From: Armatimonadota bacterium
Lineage (GTDB): Bacteria > Armatimonadota > SYMT01
Assembly: GCA_046292385.1 (NCBI GenBank)
Contig: JBKBRF010000039.1
Span: 1 to 64,000 of the forward strand
DNA length: 64,000 nt
Direction: 5' to 3'
Shown here: one piece after another, positions 30,735 to 40,143 of the stretch
How the letters are laid out: every line of letters begins with the position of its first letter
Position numbering within the stretch: the stretch's first letter is position 1
Program-made: the position numbers and the translations under genes
Notes under the pieces: model-generated
Databases searched by the model: none
Seen by the model: the letters and a program-made list of their open reading frames with translations, nothing else
Told to the model about the DNA's origin: nothing

Positions 30735-30926
30735 GCCACCCCAGAGGGGGTGGCAGCTCGACGGCTCCCGGACCAGCCCGTGAACACAGCCTCGGTCTAG
30801 CGCAGCTATACCGGGCGCGGGTGGGGCGGATCGGGAAGCACGCCTGGAGCAGCCCGCTAGCGGAGGCGAAGCCGGAGCGTGAAAGGGCAGCGGAAGGCCC
30901 TGCTCGCGGGAGGGCTGGTCCGGGAG
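30735..30926. repeat. Structured intergenic element, copy 1 (partner at 57731-57925)
   Basis: Small hairpin, 15-bp perfect closing stem, and a 43-nt core matching copy 2 at 42 of 43 positions. Confidence 0.75.
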
Positions 30927-31003
30927 ACAAGGGCTGGGGGGACGTCCGTTACGGTAGGGCATCGCTCTAAACGTAGACGAGTGCGGCGAGCGGATCCATT
31001 GAG

Positions 31004-31714
31004 CTACGGCTCCACGAAAGGCCGCCAGACCCCATCCACTCCCATCACCTCGCACGGACGGAAGCGCGCTTTGTAGGCGAGGCTGCCGCAGCCCTCTACG
31101 TAGAAGCCGAAGTAGGCCCACGGCTTCTCCAGCCGGCGCGCCAGCTCGAGCGTCTGGAGCATGCAGAAGGTGCCCAGGCTCCGCCGCGCCAGGTCGGGAT
31201 CGTGATAGTGGTAGACCCCGGAGACGACGTTCGGCGTCAGCTCCGTGATGACGATGGCGCGGAGCCGGTCCTCCTCCCACAGCGAGATCTCCACTGCGGG
31301 CAGCGGGTTCTCCACGAAGCTGAAGGCATACTCCTCCGCGTCGCGGTCGTGCGGGCGCCACCCGTGCGTCTCCGCGCGGGCTTCGTGGTAGCGGTTGAAG
31401 AGCTCCAGGCGCGCGTCGTCGACCACCGGCCGTCCCAGGCGCACCGTCAGGTCGGCGTTTGCCTTCCAGGCGCGACGCTGGCTGCGGTCCGGGGAGAAGG
31501 CCGCCACCGGGATGCGGATCGGGCGGCAGGCGGTGCAGGCTGCGCAGACCGGGCGGAAGAGGAGCGGCCCGAACTTGCGGCAGCCGCGGTTCATCGCGTC
31601 TTCGTACTCCTGCGGGGTGAGGATCGGCGTGTAGGAGTACTCGAGGGTGGCGGACTGCTCCGGCAGGTAGGCGCACGGCTCCGGACCGGTCTTGAACTGC
31701 TGCAACACGAGCAT
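31004..31714 (-). CDS. ate: Arginyl-tRNA-protein transferase family (bacterial Ate/Bpt)
   Basis: PCAYLP, RPVC..C.AC, SQRR, SGVYHYHDPD..RSLGT, YFGFYVEGC.SL.YK. Confidence 0.9.
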   Translation of the reverse strand: MLVLQQFKTGPEPCAYLPEQSATLEYSYTPILTPQEYEDAMNRGCRKFGPLLFRPVCAACTACRPIRIPVAAFSPDRSQRRAWKANADLTVRLGRPVVDDARLELFNRYHEARAETHGWRPHDRDAEEYAFSFVENPLPAVEISLWEEDRLRAIVITELTPNVVSGVYHYHDPDLARRSLGTFCMLQTLELARRLEKPWAYFGFYVEGCGSLAYKARFRPCEVMGVDGVWRPFVEP

Positions 31715-31836
31715 GGCGGCAGGGCTAGCTCCTCTCTACTCTGGTATACGCGCGGTGCAGGCGGAATTCTGCGCGGGAGCGAAGAACGATCCATGGGACC
31801 GTGGGGTCCACCCATCACAAAGCGGAGTAGCTACGC

Positions 31837-32559
31837 ATGGATAGACGAAACCTGTTGGTCGCCGGACTGGCGCTGGGCGCCCCGGCCCTCGGAATCGCCG
31901 CGCGGCCGGCGGCGGCGCAGGAGTTCCTTTCGGACGACGAAGACTGGCCGATGATCCCCGCCCCGAAGGGCGCGATCGTGCTCTTCGACGGCGCGAGCCT
32001 CGACAAGTGGGTCGCGCGCAACGGCGGCGGGCGCGCCGGCTGGAAGGTGGAGAACGGCTACGCGGAGGTGGCGCCGGGCACCGGAGACATCCACACCCGC
32101 GATACCTTTACCGACTACCAGCTCCACCTGGAGTTCTGGCTGCCGCTAATGGCCGACGCGCAGGGTCAGGCCCGCTCCAACAGCGGCGTCTACAACCAGG
32201 GCCGCATTGAGGTGCAGGTCCTCGACTCCTACGGGCAGCCGCCGCGGGACAATGAAGCGGGCGGCATCTACAAGGTCGCCGTGCCGCTGCGGAACGCTTC
32301 CAAGAAGCCGGCGCACTGGCAGGCGTACGATATCGCCTACCGGGCGCCGCGCCTCGTCGACGGGAAGCAGACCGAGAAGGGCCGCATCACCGTCTTCCAC
32401 AACGGCCAGCTCATCCACAACAACGTGGAGTTCGACGCGCAGGTCACCACCGCCGGCCTCCCGACGGACGACCTCTCGAAGCCCGGCCCGCTCCTGCTGC
32501 AGGACCACGGCAACAAGATCCGCTTCCGCAACATCTGGATCGTGCCGGCAGGGAAGTAG
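31837..32559 (+). CDS. DUF1080 (3-keto-disaccharide hydrolase) protein, Tat-exported
   Basis: MDRRNLL Tat signal; LFDG, DYQLHLEF, NSGVY, EVQVLDS, LQDHG..FRNIW. Confidence 0.9.
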   Translation: MDRRNLLVAGLALGAPALGIAARPAAAQEFLSDDEDWPMIPAPKGAIVLFDGASLDKWVARNGGGRAGWKVENGYAEVAPGTGDIHTRDTFTDYQLHLEFWLPLMADAQGQARSNSGVYNQGRIEVQVLDSYGQPPRDNEAGGIYKVAVPLRNASKKPAHWQAYDIAYRAPRLVDGKQTEKGRITVFHNGQLIHNNVEFDAQVTTAGLPTDDLSKPGPLLLQDHGNKIRFRNIWIVPAGK

Positions 32560-32568
32560 CGGAGCTCT

Positions 32569-32688
32569 TAACCGCCAAGAACGCCAAGAGCACAAAGAAA
32601 AAAACCAGAACGGGGACCGCTTGGGACGATCCTACCCGGCGGTTCCCGTTCTGTTCTGGCTTGGCTATCTTGGCGCTCTTGGCGGTTA
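32569..32688. repeat. Long imperfect inverted repeat (TAACCGCCAAGA...TCTTGGCGGTTA)
   Basis: Complementary arms built of CGCCAAGA units, between convergent genes. Confidence 0.7.
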
Positions 32689-32693
32689 GCTCC

Positions 32694-33569
32694 CTACGCC
32701 AGGACCGGCTCCGCGGCGGCTTCCTGGTCCCACAGCATGAGCTGCTTGCGGATCGCTTCCACCGTCTCCGGCGGCGTGGAGAGGCCGGAGGCGATGCCCA
32801 CCTCTTCCACCCCCTCGAACTTCGTGCGGTCGAGGCTGTCGACCGTCTCCACGTGGATCGTGTTGGCGTTATACTTCTGGCAGAGGTGCTTCAGCTCGAT
32901 CGTGTTGGCGCTGGTGGAGCTGCCGACCACGACCATCACGTCGACCCGCTGCGCCAGCTCCACGGCGTCCATCTGGCGATTGCGGACGGGGCGGCAGATC
33001 GTGTTGATCACCTGCACCTCTTTCGCCATGCAGAGCAGCTCGTTCACGATCGGCGCGCACAACTCGAACGAATGCGTGGTCTGGAAGATGACGCCGATCT
33101 TCCGCAGGAGTCGCTTGTCCAGGCTCAGCTCCCGCAGCTCGTCCACGCTGTCGATCACGATGGCGGGGCTCTGCAGGTTGCCCATGATGCCCTTGATCTC
33201 GGCGTGATTCCGGTCGCCGATGATGAACACGGTGCAGCCGCGGCGCTCCAGCTCCAGGGCGGCGTCCTGCGCCTGGGTGACGATGGGGCAGGTGGCATCG
33301 ACGATGTTGAGGCCGCGGTCGTGCGCTTCCAGGATCCGGAGCTGCGGCATGCCGTGGGCGCGGATCACCATCGTGCCGCCCTTCACGTCGTCCAGGTCGT
33401 CCACCTTCCGCAGCCCGAGCTGCTCCAGCTCCGAGGTGACGGTGCGGTTGTGGACCACGTCGCCCAGGATCGAGACGTGGTTCTGCTCGGCGAGCGCCTG
33501 GCGGGTCATGTTGATTGCCCGCTTCACACCGAAGCAGAAGCCGACTTCCTTAGCGAGGAAAACCTTCAT
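32694..33569 (-). CDS. ispH: 4-hydroxy-3-methylbut-2-enyl diphosphate reductase
   Basis: GFCFGVKRA, VHN, IRAHG, DATCP, HAEI, QTT, NTIC, SANT. Confidence 0.95.
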   Translation of the reverse strand: MKVFLAKEVGFCFGVKRAINMTRQALAEQNHVSILGDVVHNRTVTSELEQLGLRKVDDLDDVKGGTMVIRAHGMPQLRILEAHDRGLNIVDATCPIVTQAQDAALELERRGCTVFIIGDRNHAEIKGIMGNLQSPAIVIDSVDELRELSLDKRLLRKIGVIFQTTHSFELCAPIVNELLCMAKEVQVINTICRPVRNRQMDAVELAQRVDVMVVVGSSTSANTIELKHLCQKYNANTIHVETVDSLDRTKFEGVEEVGIASGLSTPPETVEAIRKQLMLWDQEAAAEPVLA

Positions 33570-33597
33570 GGTGTCCGTGCCTCATCCTCTCTCGGAG

Positions 33598-34617
33598 CTA
33601 GATGGAAGCCCCGCGCAGCTTCGGCGGGGGAGGGGCGTAGCCGTGCTCGCAGAACCAGGAGACGGCGCGCTCCAGCGCCCCCTCCACCGGGGACCGCGGC
33701 AGGCCCAGCTCCCGGACCGCCTTGCTGCCGTCGAAAAACATGCGCTTGCGGGCCATCAGGACGCCCTCTACCGGCACGCCCGGCTCCCGGCGGAGCAGCG
33801 TGCCCATGAAGAGCTCGTTCACGCGCGCGATCCCCAGCGCCGCCCCGTACGGCATTTTAGCACGGGGTGCGGGCAGGCCGGTCAGCGCGGAGAGCGTCTC
33901 CAGGATCTCCTGGAGCGTCATGTTCCGGTTGCCCAGGATGTACTTCTCACCCACCCGACCCTTCTCCGCCGCGAGGAGGTGTCCCTCCGCCACGTCGTCC
34001 ACGTCGATCAGGTTCAGCCCGGTATCGAGGTAGAGCGGCATCTGCCGGTTCAGGAAGCGGGTGATGATCTTGCCGGTCTCGGTCGGCTTGATGTCGTTCG
34101 GCCCGATCGGCGTGCTGGGATTGACGATCACCACCGGCACCCCGCGCGCGGCCGCCTTCTCCGCCTCACGCTCCGCCAGAAACTTCGAGCGCTTGTAGTG
34201 GCCGACCACTTCTTCCAGCTTCACCGGCGTCGTCTCGGTGCCGGGGGTGCCGTCTTTCGGGATCCCGAGGGCGCCGACGCTGCTGCAGTAGACGATCCGC
34301 CGGCAGCCGGCCCGCTCCGCCGCCTCCAACAGGATGCGGGTGCCGTCGACGTTGTTCCTGTAGAGCTCCTGGGGATCCTTACACCAGAGACGGTAGTCCG
34401 CCGCCACGTGGAAGACAGTGTGGCACCCCTTCACGGCAGCGGAGAGGGACGACGCGTCCTGGAGGTCTCCCACCACGCGCTCCACCGGTAGCCCATCCAG
34501 GTTTCCCGGGGGGCTTGTCTTCCGCGCCAGGCAGCGCACCTGCTCGCCGCGGTCGAGCAGCTTGCGGACGAGCCGACTCCCCACAAACCCGGTGCCGCCG
34601 GTTACGAATACAGACAT
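33598..34617 (-). CDS. hpnA: Hopanoid-associated NAD-dependent epimerase/dehydratase
   Basis: VTGGTGFVG, FHVAADYRLW, YKRSK, VNPSTPIGP.D.KPT.TG; located in the shc cluster. Confidence 0.9.
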   Translation of the reverse strand: MSVFVTGGTGFVGSRLVRKLLDRGEQVRCLARKTSPPGNLDGLPVERVVGDLQDASSLSAAVKGCHTVFHVAADYRLWCKDPQELYRNNVDGTRILLEAAERAGCRRIVYCSSVGALGIPKDGTPGTETTPVKLEEVVGHYKRSKFLAEREAEKAAARGVPVVIVNPSTPIGPNDIKPTETGKIITRFLNRQMPLYLDTGLNLIDVDDVAEGHLLAAEKGRVGEKYILGNRNMTLQEILETLSALTGLPAPRAKMPYGAALGIARVNELFMGTLLRREPGVPVEGVLMARKRMFFDGSKAVRELGLPRSPVEGALERAVSWFCEHGYAPPPPKLRGASI

Positions 34618-34623
34618 TTCTTA

Positions 34624-34722
34624 AAGTCAAAAGGCTAAAGGCAAAAGGCTAAAGTGGGAACCACGCTCTTCGGATGCGGAGGTTCGGAACTTTAGCCTTT
34701 TGCCTTTTCACTTTAGCCTTTA
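34624..34722. repeat. Inverted heptamer arrays (AAAGGCT/AGCCTTT) inside the hpn operon
   Basis: Perfect 19-bp inverted repeat 34637-34655 / 34689-34707. Confidence 0.85.
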
Positions 34723-35721
34723 CCCAAGGAAGTTCCAGGCGGCGAGGCGGACGAGCTCTTTGGGGCTCTTGCCGGCGGCGCGGACGGCGGAGGCCTCGAA
34801 GCCGGAGTGCATCTTGCAGTTGCGGCAGCGCACGTCTTTGCGGCTCTCCCAGTACTCCCAGTTCACGCCGTTCCAGAACTCGTCCCACGTCTCGTAGTAC
34901 TTCTGGCCGATCAGGTAGCAGGGGCCCTTCCATCCCATCGGCGTGTAGGTGACGGTGCTCCAGGGGGAGCAGGGGAGCTCCCGCAGGCCGGCGGCGAACT
35001 CCAGGAACATCGGGGTCGACTGCAGGCGGTACTTCTGGCTGAGGTCCAGCACCCGCCGGAACTTCTCCTCGGTCTCCCGCCGCTCCAGGAACATGTCCCG
35101 ATCCACCGACTCGTACTCGTAGCCGGGGGAGATGAGCATCCCGTCGATGCCGATGTCGGCGAGCTGCTTCGCGAGCTCCTCCACCTCGTCGATGTCGGTC
35201 TCTTTGAACACGGTGGTGTTCGTCACCATGTGGTAGCCGAGCTTCTTGCCGAGCCGGATCATCTCGATCGCCTTGTCGAAGACGCCTTCGCGGTCGCAGA
35301 CGTAGTCGTGCGTCTTCTTCAGGCCGTCCAGGTGGACGTTGATCGAGATCCGCTTGTGCGGCGGCACCACTCCGAAGAGCTTGGTATCGAGCAGGAGCGC
35401 GTTGGTGCAGAGGTAGATGTGGCGCTTGCGCGCGATGATCCCCTCCATCAGCTCCTTCAGCTGGGGGTAGACGGTCGGCTCCCCGCCGCAGATGGAGACG
35501 GTGGGGGCGCCGCTCTCCTCCACCGCCTGGAGGCACTTCTCCACCGGGATGCGGTCTCGCAGCTTGCCGGTGTGGCGCTCCGTGGTGCAGCCGAGGCAGG
35601 CGAGATTGCAGGTGTAGAGCGGCTCCAGCATCAGCACCAGGGGGTACCGCTTGCTCCCCTTCAGGCCCTGCCGGACCTGGTGCTGGATCGTATCCGTGGT
35701 GATGTGAAGCGGGAATCGCAT
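34720..35721 (-). CDS. hpnH: Adenosyl-hopene transferase (radical SAM)
   Basis: YPLVLMLEPL.TCNLACLGC, GGEP, YLCTNA, PCYL, C.NC.MHSGFEAS. Confidence 0.93.
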   Translation of the reverse strand: MRFPLHITTDTIQHQVRQGLKGSKRYPLVLMLEPLYTCNLACLGCTTERHTGKLRDRIPVEKCLQAVEESGAPTVSICGGEPTVYPQLKELMEGIIARKRHIYLCTNALLLDTKLFGVVPPHKRISINVHLDGLKKTHDYVCDREGVFDKAIEMIRLGKKLGYHMVTNTTVFKETDIDEVEELAKQLADIGIDGMLISPGYEYESVDRDMFLERRETEEKFRRVLDLSQKYRLQSTPMFLEFAAGLRELPCSPWSTVTYTPMGWKGPCYLIGQKYYETWDEFWNGVNWEYWESRKDVRCRNCKMHSGFEASAVRAAGKSPKELVRLAAWNFLG

Positions 35722-35752
35722 CCGGCGCCTGTTCCTAAACTGCGGCTCCAGG

Positions 35753-37723
35753 TCAGGCCTGGAGTAGCTCGAGCTGCCGCGCGTACATTCCCAGCGCGAA
35801 CACGGGGAAGTAGCGGCTGTAGTAGTGATACTTCAAGTAGAAGACTTTGGGAAAGCCGGTACCGGTAAAGTACGGCTCGTCCCATGATCCGTCGGCTTCC
35901 TGCGTGCGAACCAGGTAGTCGACTCCGCGCTGCACGCACTCGCTCGTCACGTCGCCGGTCGCCATCAGGCCCATCAGCGCCCACGCGGTCTGCGAGGCGG
36001 TGCTGGGGCCGGTGCCGCGCAGGCTCGGATCGTCGTAGGTGGCGCAGGTCTCGCCCCAGCCGCCGTCCTCGTTCTGCCGGGAGCGCAGCCACGCGGCGCC
36101 CGCCTGGATGTACGGCTGGCTCATCTCCTCGCCGACGGCCGAGAGGCCCTTGAGGACCTGCCACGTGCCGTAAAGGTAGTTCACGCCCCAGCGGCCGAAC
36201 CAGGCGCCGTCCGGCTCCTGCTCTTTGCGCAGGAACGCGATTGCCTTCGCGACTCTCGGGTCGCCGGTGTCGTACCCGTAGCGCCCGAGCATCTCCAGCA
36301 CGCGCCCGGTGATGTCGGCGGTGCTCGGATCGAGCATCGCGTTGTGGTCCGAGAACGGGATCTCGGTGAAGATCATCCGGTTGTTGTCCACGTCGAACGC
36401 GGCCCAACCGCCGTCGCTGCCCTGCATCGCCCAGGTCCACTCGATCGCCTGGCGGCAGATCTCGCCCTTCTCCGCTTCCTCTTCGCTGGGCAGCCGGATC
36501 CCGGCCAGCGCCATCAGCACGGCGGCGGTATCGTCGATGTCCGGATAGAACTCGTTTGCGTACTCGAAGGCCCAGGCCGCCACGGGGGCGTCCGGGCGCT
36601 TGACCGCCCAGTCGCCCTTCTCTCGCACCCGCTTCTCCAGCAGCCACTTCCCGGCCTCCACCAGGGCGGGGTCATCCGGCGGCACGCCCGCGGCGGAGAG
36701 CGACAGGGCGCAGAGCGCCGTGTCCCACACCGGGGAGACGCACGGCTGCAGGCGGAGGGTATCGTTCTCCTCGATCTCGAACGCCTCGATCTCTCGCCAC
36801 TGGCCTCGCACTTCCGGATGGTCGTCCGGGTAGCCGAGGCAGCGCATCGCCATCAGCGCGTTCACGATCGGCGGGAAGATGGCGCCGAGGCCGCCGCTCT
36901 TGCGGAAGCGCGCCACCATCCAGCGCTCGCACTCCTGGATCGCCTTCTTGCGCCACGGGAGGACCTTGACGCCCTCGAAGAAGTGCATCGTCCGGTCGAT
37001 CGCCAGGAAGAAGTTGCGCCAGCAGATCGGCTTCCGGCGGTTCCAGGGGAGGCGGAGGTGCTTGCCGTGGCGCTCCCCGACGAAGAGCTCGTCGATATGG
37101 ACCGGCAGCGGGCAGTGCGGCCGGTAAGCGGAGAGGATGGCAAGCGGGACGATGATGGTCCGGGACCAGGACGAGAGCTCGTAGAGGTTCAGGTAGAACC
37201 AGTTGGGAAGGAGGATCAGCTCCGGCGGGACCACCGGCGTTCCGTCCCAATCGTACTGCCCGAAGATCGAGAGGTAGATCTTGGTGAACGTGTTGCAGGC
37301 GGTAACGCCCCCGTGCTCCCGGATCACCTCGCGCGCGCGTACCATCTCCGGATGGTTGGCGGGAAACCCGGCGAGACGGAGCACCAGGTAGGCCTTGACG
37401 GAGGAGCTCACCTCCACCGGCCCCCCCGGGTAGAGGCTCCAGGCGCCTTCCGGCCGCCGCGACTGGTAGATGTAGGCCGCCAGTTTCCGGAGACGATCGT
37501 CGTCCAGGCAGCCCATGAAGTAGCGGAGGAGGGCGTACTCCGACTCCAGAATCGTGTCGCCTTCCAGCTCGCCCACCCAGTGGCCATCCGGCTTCTGCAG
37601 GTCGAGCAGACTCGTCTTGCCGGCTTCTAGCGTCTGGAGGACAGCGGTGGTGAGCGACGAAGACTCAGTGGCGGCAGCCGCGCGCACGGCAGGTGGCTCG
37701 ACTTGAAATTGGGTCCTTCTCAT
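35753..37723 (-). CDS. shc: Squalene-hopene cyclase
   Basis: QW repeats (Q.PDG.W, QNEDGGW), catalytic YPDIDDTA, SPVWDT, GRWGVNY, GTGFP. Confidence 0.97.
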   Translation of the reverse strand: MRRTQFQVEPPAVRAAAATESSSLTTAVLQTLEAGKTSLLDLQKPDGHWVGELEGDTILESEYALLRYFMGCLDDDRLRKLAAYIYQSRRPEGAWSLYPGGPVEVSSSVKAYLVLRLAGFPANHPEMVRAREVIREHGGVTACNTFTKIYLSIFGQYDWDGTPVVPPELILLPNWFYLNLYELSSWSRTIIVPLAILSAYRPHCPLPVHIDELFVGERHGKHLRLPWNRRKPICWRNFFLAIDRTMHFFEGVKVLPWRKKAIQECERWMVARFRKSGGLGAIFPPIVNALMAMRCLGYPDDHPEVRGQWREIEAFEIEENDTLRLQPCVSPVWDTALCALSLSAAGVPPDDPALVEAGKWLLEKRVREKGDWAVKRPDAPVAAWAFEYANEFYPDIDDTAAVLMALAGIRLPSEEEAEKGEICRQAIEWTWAMQGSDGGWAAFDVDNNRMIFTEIPFSDHNAMLDPSTADITGRVLEMLGRYGYDTGDPRVAKAIAFLRKEQEPDGAWFGRWGVNYLYGTWQVLKGLSAVGEEMSQPYIQAGAAWLRSRQNEDGGWGETCATYDDPSLRGTGPSTASQTAWALMGLMATGDVTSECVQRGVDYLVRTQEADGSWDEPYFTGTGFPKVFYLKYHYYSRYFPVFALGMYARQLELLQA

Positions 37724-38116
37724 TCCGTCTCAGGAGTCGTCGGGCCGTTTTGGTAAAGCTGGGACTGCGATAACCGCTGCTGCGAGCGTAGGGAATCCGC
37801 TGTCGAGAGCGAACCTGATGCCGGTGCGGGCCGGGAGCGGGGACTCAGCTCGTGGGGCGGAAGTACCATGCTCCGCGGCTAAATTGACCGCCCAGGGGAT
37901 GCTTCCCTTTTAGTCTAGGGAGCAACGGCTGCTTCCGCAGGTTGAGAAACTCTTGACAGGGTATCACAAGCCTGTACCAACGGCAACACAGCCTGCCCGC
38001 GGTAAGCCCGCAAGCGGAGCGGCACGCCGTGCCCGTATTGCCCCTGCCGCGGGCGGGACAAACCCCGCCCGGCTGCCTGCCGTCTCAGCATGTCGGCTGC
38101 GGGTGGCGTTCTTCCC

Positions 38117-40132
38117 ATGAATCCTGCACTGCTTGCGCTGAATATCGCGGTCTGGGCCGCCGTGCTGGTCTACACCCTCCGGCTCGCGCCGCCGCTGGCC
38201 CGCCGCTGGAATCTCTGGGCGGTCCTCGCCTCGGTGGCGGCGGCGGCCGCGCTTTCGTTCGCCAGCTACCGCCACACGGCGAGGCGTCAGGTGGCGGAAG
38301 CGGCCCAGCGCCACTACATCGCCGGAATCGACGAGCGCCAGCGGGGGAACCTGGCCGAGGCGCAGCGGCACTTCGAGCGCTCTCTCGCGCTGCAGCCGGG
38401 GCACCCGCAGGCGCAGCGGGAGCTGGCGGAGGTGCGGGAGCAGCGGCCGGTGCAGCCGCGCGAGCAGCAGCGGGCGGCGGAGATCGCCGTGCCGCCCGCG
38501 CCGGCCGGCTCCGGCGCGGGAGCCAACGCCCCGCCGCAGCCCGCGCCGCAGCCGGCCCGCGGCACGCCCGGAAGCAAGCCGGAGCCGGTCCCCCACAAGC
38601 AGAGCCCCTTCGAGATCGTCCACTACGCGCTCGATACGGAGATCGTGCCGGCGGAGCACCGGCTCGCCGCCACCGCCACGATCCGCGTCCGCTCCCGGGG
38701 CGGTACCGTGCCGGTGCTCGACTTCAGCCTCGGCCCGGAGTTCCAGCCCCAGGCGGTGACGGTCGACGGCGCCGCGGCCCGGTTCCGGAAGGTGAACGAC
38801 CTCCTGGCGGTCACCCCCGCGCGCGCCCTGGAGCCGGGGCGGGAGGCGGTGGTGACGGTCCGCTATGGGCGCAAAGGGGAGCGCGCCGCCATTGCCGGCG
38901 GGCTGGGGCTGATCGGGGAGAAGGGCGTCTACTTCCTCTCCGAGTCCCGGTGGTATCCCGCCACCGGCGAGCTCGACTTCCGCGCGCCGGTACGGGTGCG
39001 GGCGCGGGTGCCGAGCGGCTACTCCGTCGTCTCGGTCGGCACCCTCAAGTCGCGCCGGCCGGAGGGGAAGTCGGTCCTCTACCACTGGGAGACCGACCGC
39101 CTCGCCTCCATGGTTTCGCTGGCGGCGGCCCGCTACGAGCGCCGGGAGACGCTTGCCGCCGCGCCCGTGGCCGGCGGCAAGCCGGTGCCGGTGACCTGCT
39201 ACACCTTCCCGGAGCATGCCGACCGCGCCCCCGCCTTCCTGAAAGAGGCCGCCTCGATCGTCCGCTACTACGAGCGGCTGCTCGGCCCGTATCCGTACGA
39301 GAAGCTGGCGGTGGTGGAGATCCCGCGCTTCCCCGGCGGCTACGGCACCACGTCGTTCGTGATGCTGGTCGACCACAGCTTCCGGATGCGGCGCCTCGAC
39401 CGGGAGTTCCTGGCGCACGAGATTGCGCACCAGTGGTGGGGGAACTCGGTCTTCCCGCAGGGCCTGGGAGCGGCCTGGCTCACGGAGGCGTTCTCCAACT
39501 ACTGCGCCTGGATGTACGCCGCCTCCGCCGCGGGCAACCCGCGTGTCCTCACCAGGCGGTTGGGGCTGGCCGCGAGCACTTTCTTCCGAGAGAGCGCCGC
39601 GGAGGGGGAGCAGGCGATCCGGGAGACCGACCCGTACCAGCCGGTCGGCGCGAAGGAAGCCGTGCTCTACGAGAAGGGCGCCGTGGTGCTGCATACGCTG
39701 CGCCATGAGATCGGGGACGCCGCCTTCTTCCGCACCCTCCGCGCCTTCGCGGACGACCACCGCTTCGGCCGGGCGAAGATCGACGACTTCCAGCGGGTGG
39801 CGGAGCAGCAGAGCGGGCAGGAGCTCGACTGGTTCTTCGAGCAGTGGCTCGGCCGCACCGGCGGCATGCAGCTCCACTACCGCTTCGAGACGGTGCAGGA
39901 CGCGTCGCACCGGCACCAGCTGCTCCTGACCGTCACCCAGGAAGAGCCCGCCTACCGGGCGAAGCTGGACCTCGTGCTCCAGGTAGGCAACGAGACGAGC
40001 CGGCACACCGTGCAGCTCGGCGGCCCCCGCAGCGAGCTCCGCATTCCGGTCCGCGGCAAGGTCCTGAGCGTCCTCTTCGACCCTGACCACGATTACCTGA
40101 TGCACCCCCCGCGCTGGCAGGTACCGGACTAA
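38117..40132 (+). CDS. M1-family Zn aminopeptidase with an N-terminal membrane anchor and TPR
   Basis: HEIAHQWWG..WLTE, YEKGA..L..LR; two TM helices, a TPR and a Pro-rich linker at the N-terminus. Confidence 0.88.
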   Translation: MNPALLALNIAVWAAVLVYTLRLAPPLARRWNLWAVLASVAAAAALSFASYRHTARRQVAEAAQRHYIAGIDERQRGNLAEAQRHFERSLALQPGHPQAQRELAEVREQRPVQPREQQRAAEIAVPPAPAGSGAGANAPPQPAPQPARGTPGSKPEPVPHKQSPFEIVHYALDTEIVPAEHRLAATATIRVRSRGGTVPVLDFSLGPEFQPQAVTVDGAAARFRKVNDLLAVTPARALEPGREAVVTVRYGRKGERAAIAGGLGLIGEKGVYFLSESRWYPATGELDFRAPVRVRARVPSGYSVVSVGTLKSRRPEGKSVLYHWETDRLASMVSLAAARYERRETLAAAPVAGGKPVPVTCYTFPEHADRAPAFLKEAASIVRYYERLLGPYPYEKLAVVEIPRFPGGYGTTSFVMLVDHSFRMRRLDREFLAHEIAHQWWGNSVFPQGLGAAWLTEAFSNYCAWMYAASAAGNPRVLTRRLGLAASTFFRESAAEGEQAIRETDPYQPVGAKEAVLYEKGAVVLHTLRHEIGDAAFFRTLRAFADDHRFGRAKIDDFQRVAEQQSGQELDWFFEQWLGRTGGMQLHYRFETVQDASHRHQLLLTVTQEEPAYRAKLDLVLQVGNETSRHTVQLGGPRSELRIPVRGKVLSVLFDPDHDYLMHPPRWQVPD

Positions 40133-40143
40133 CGCCCGGTTAG

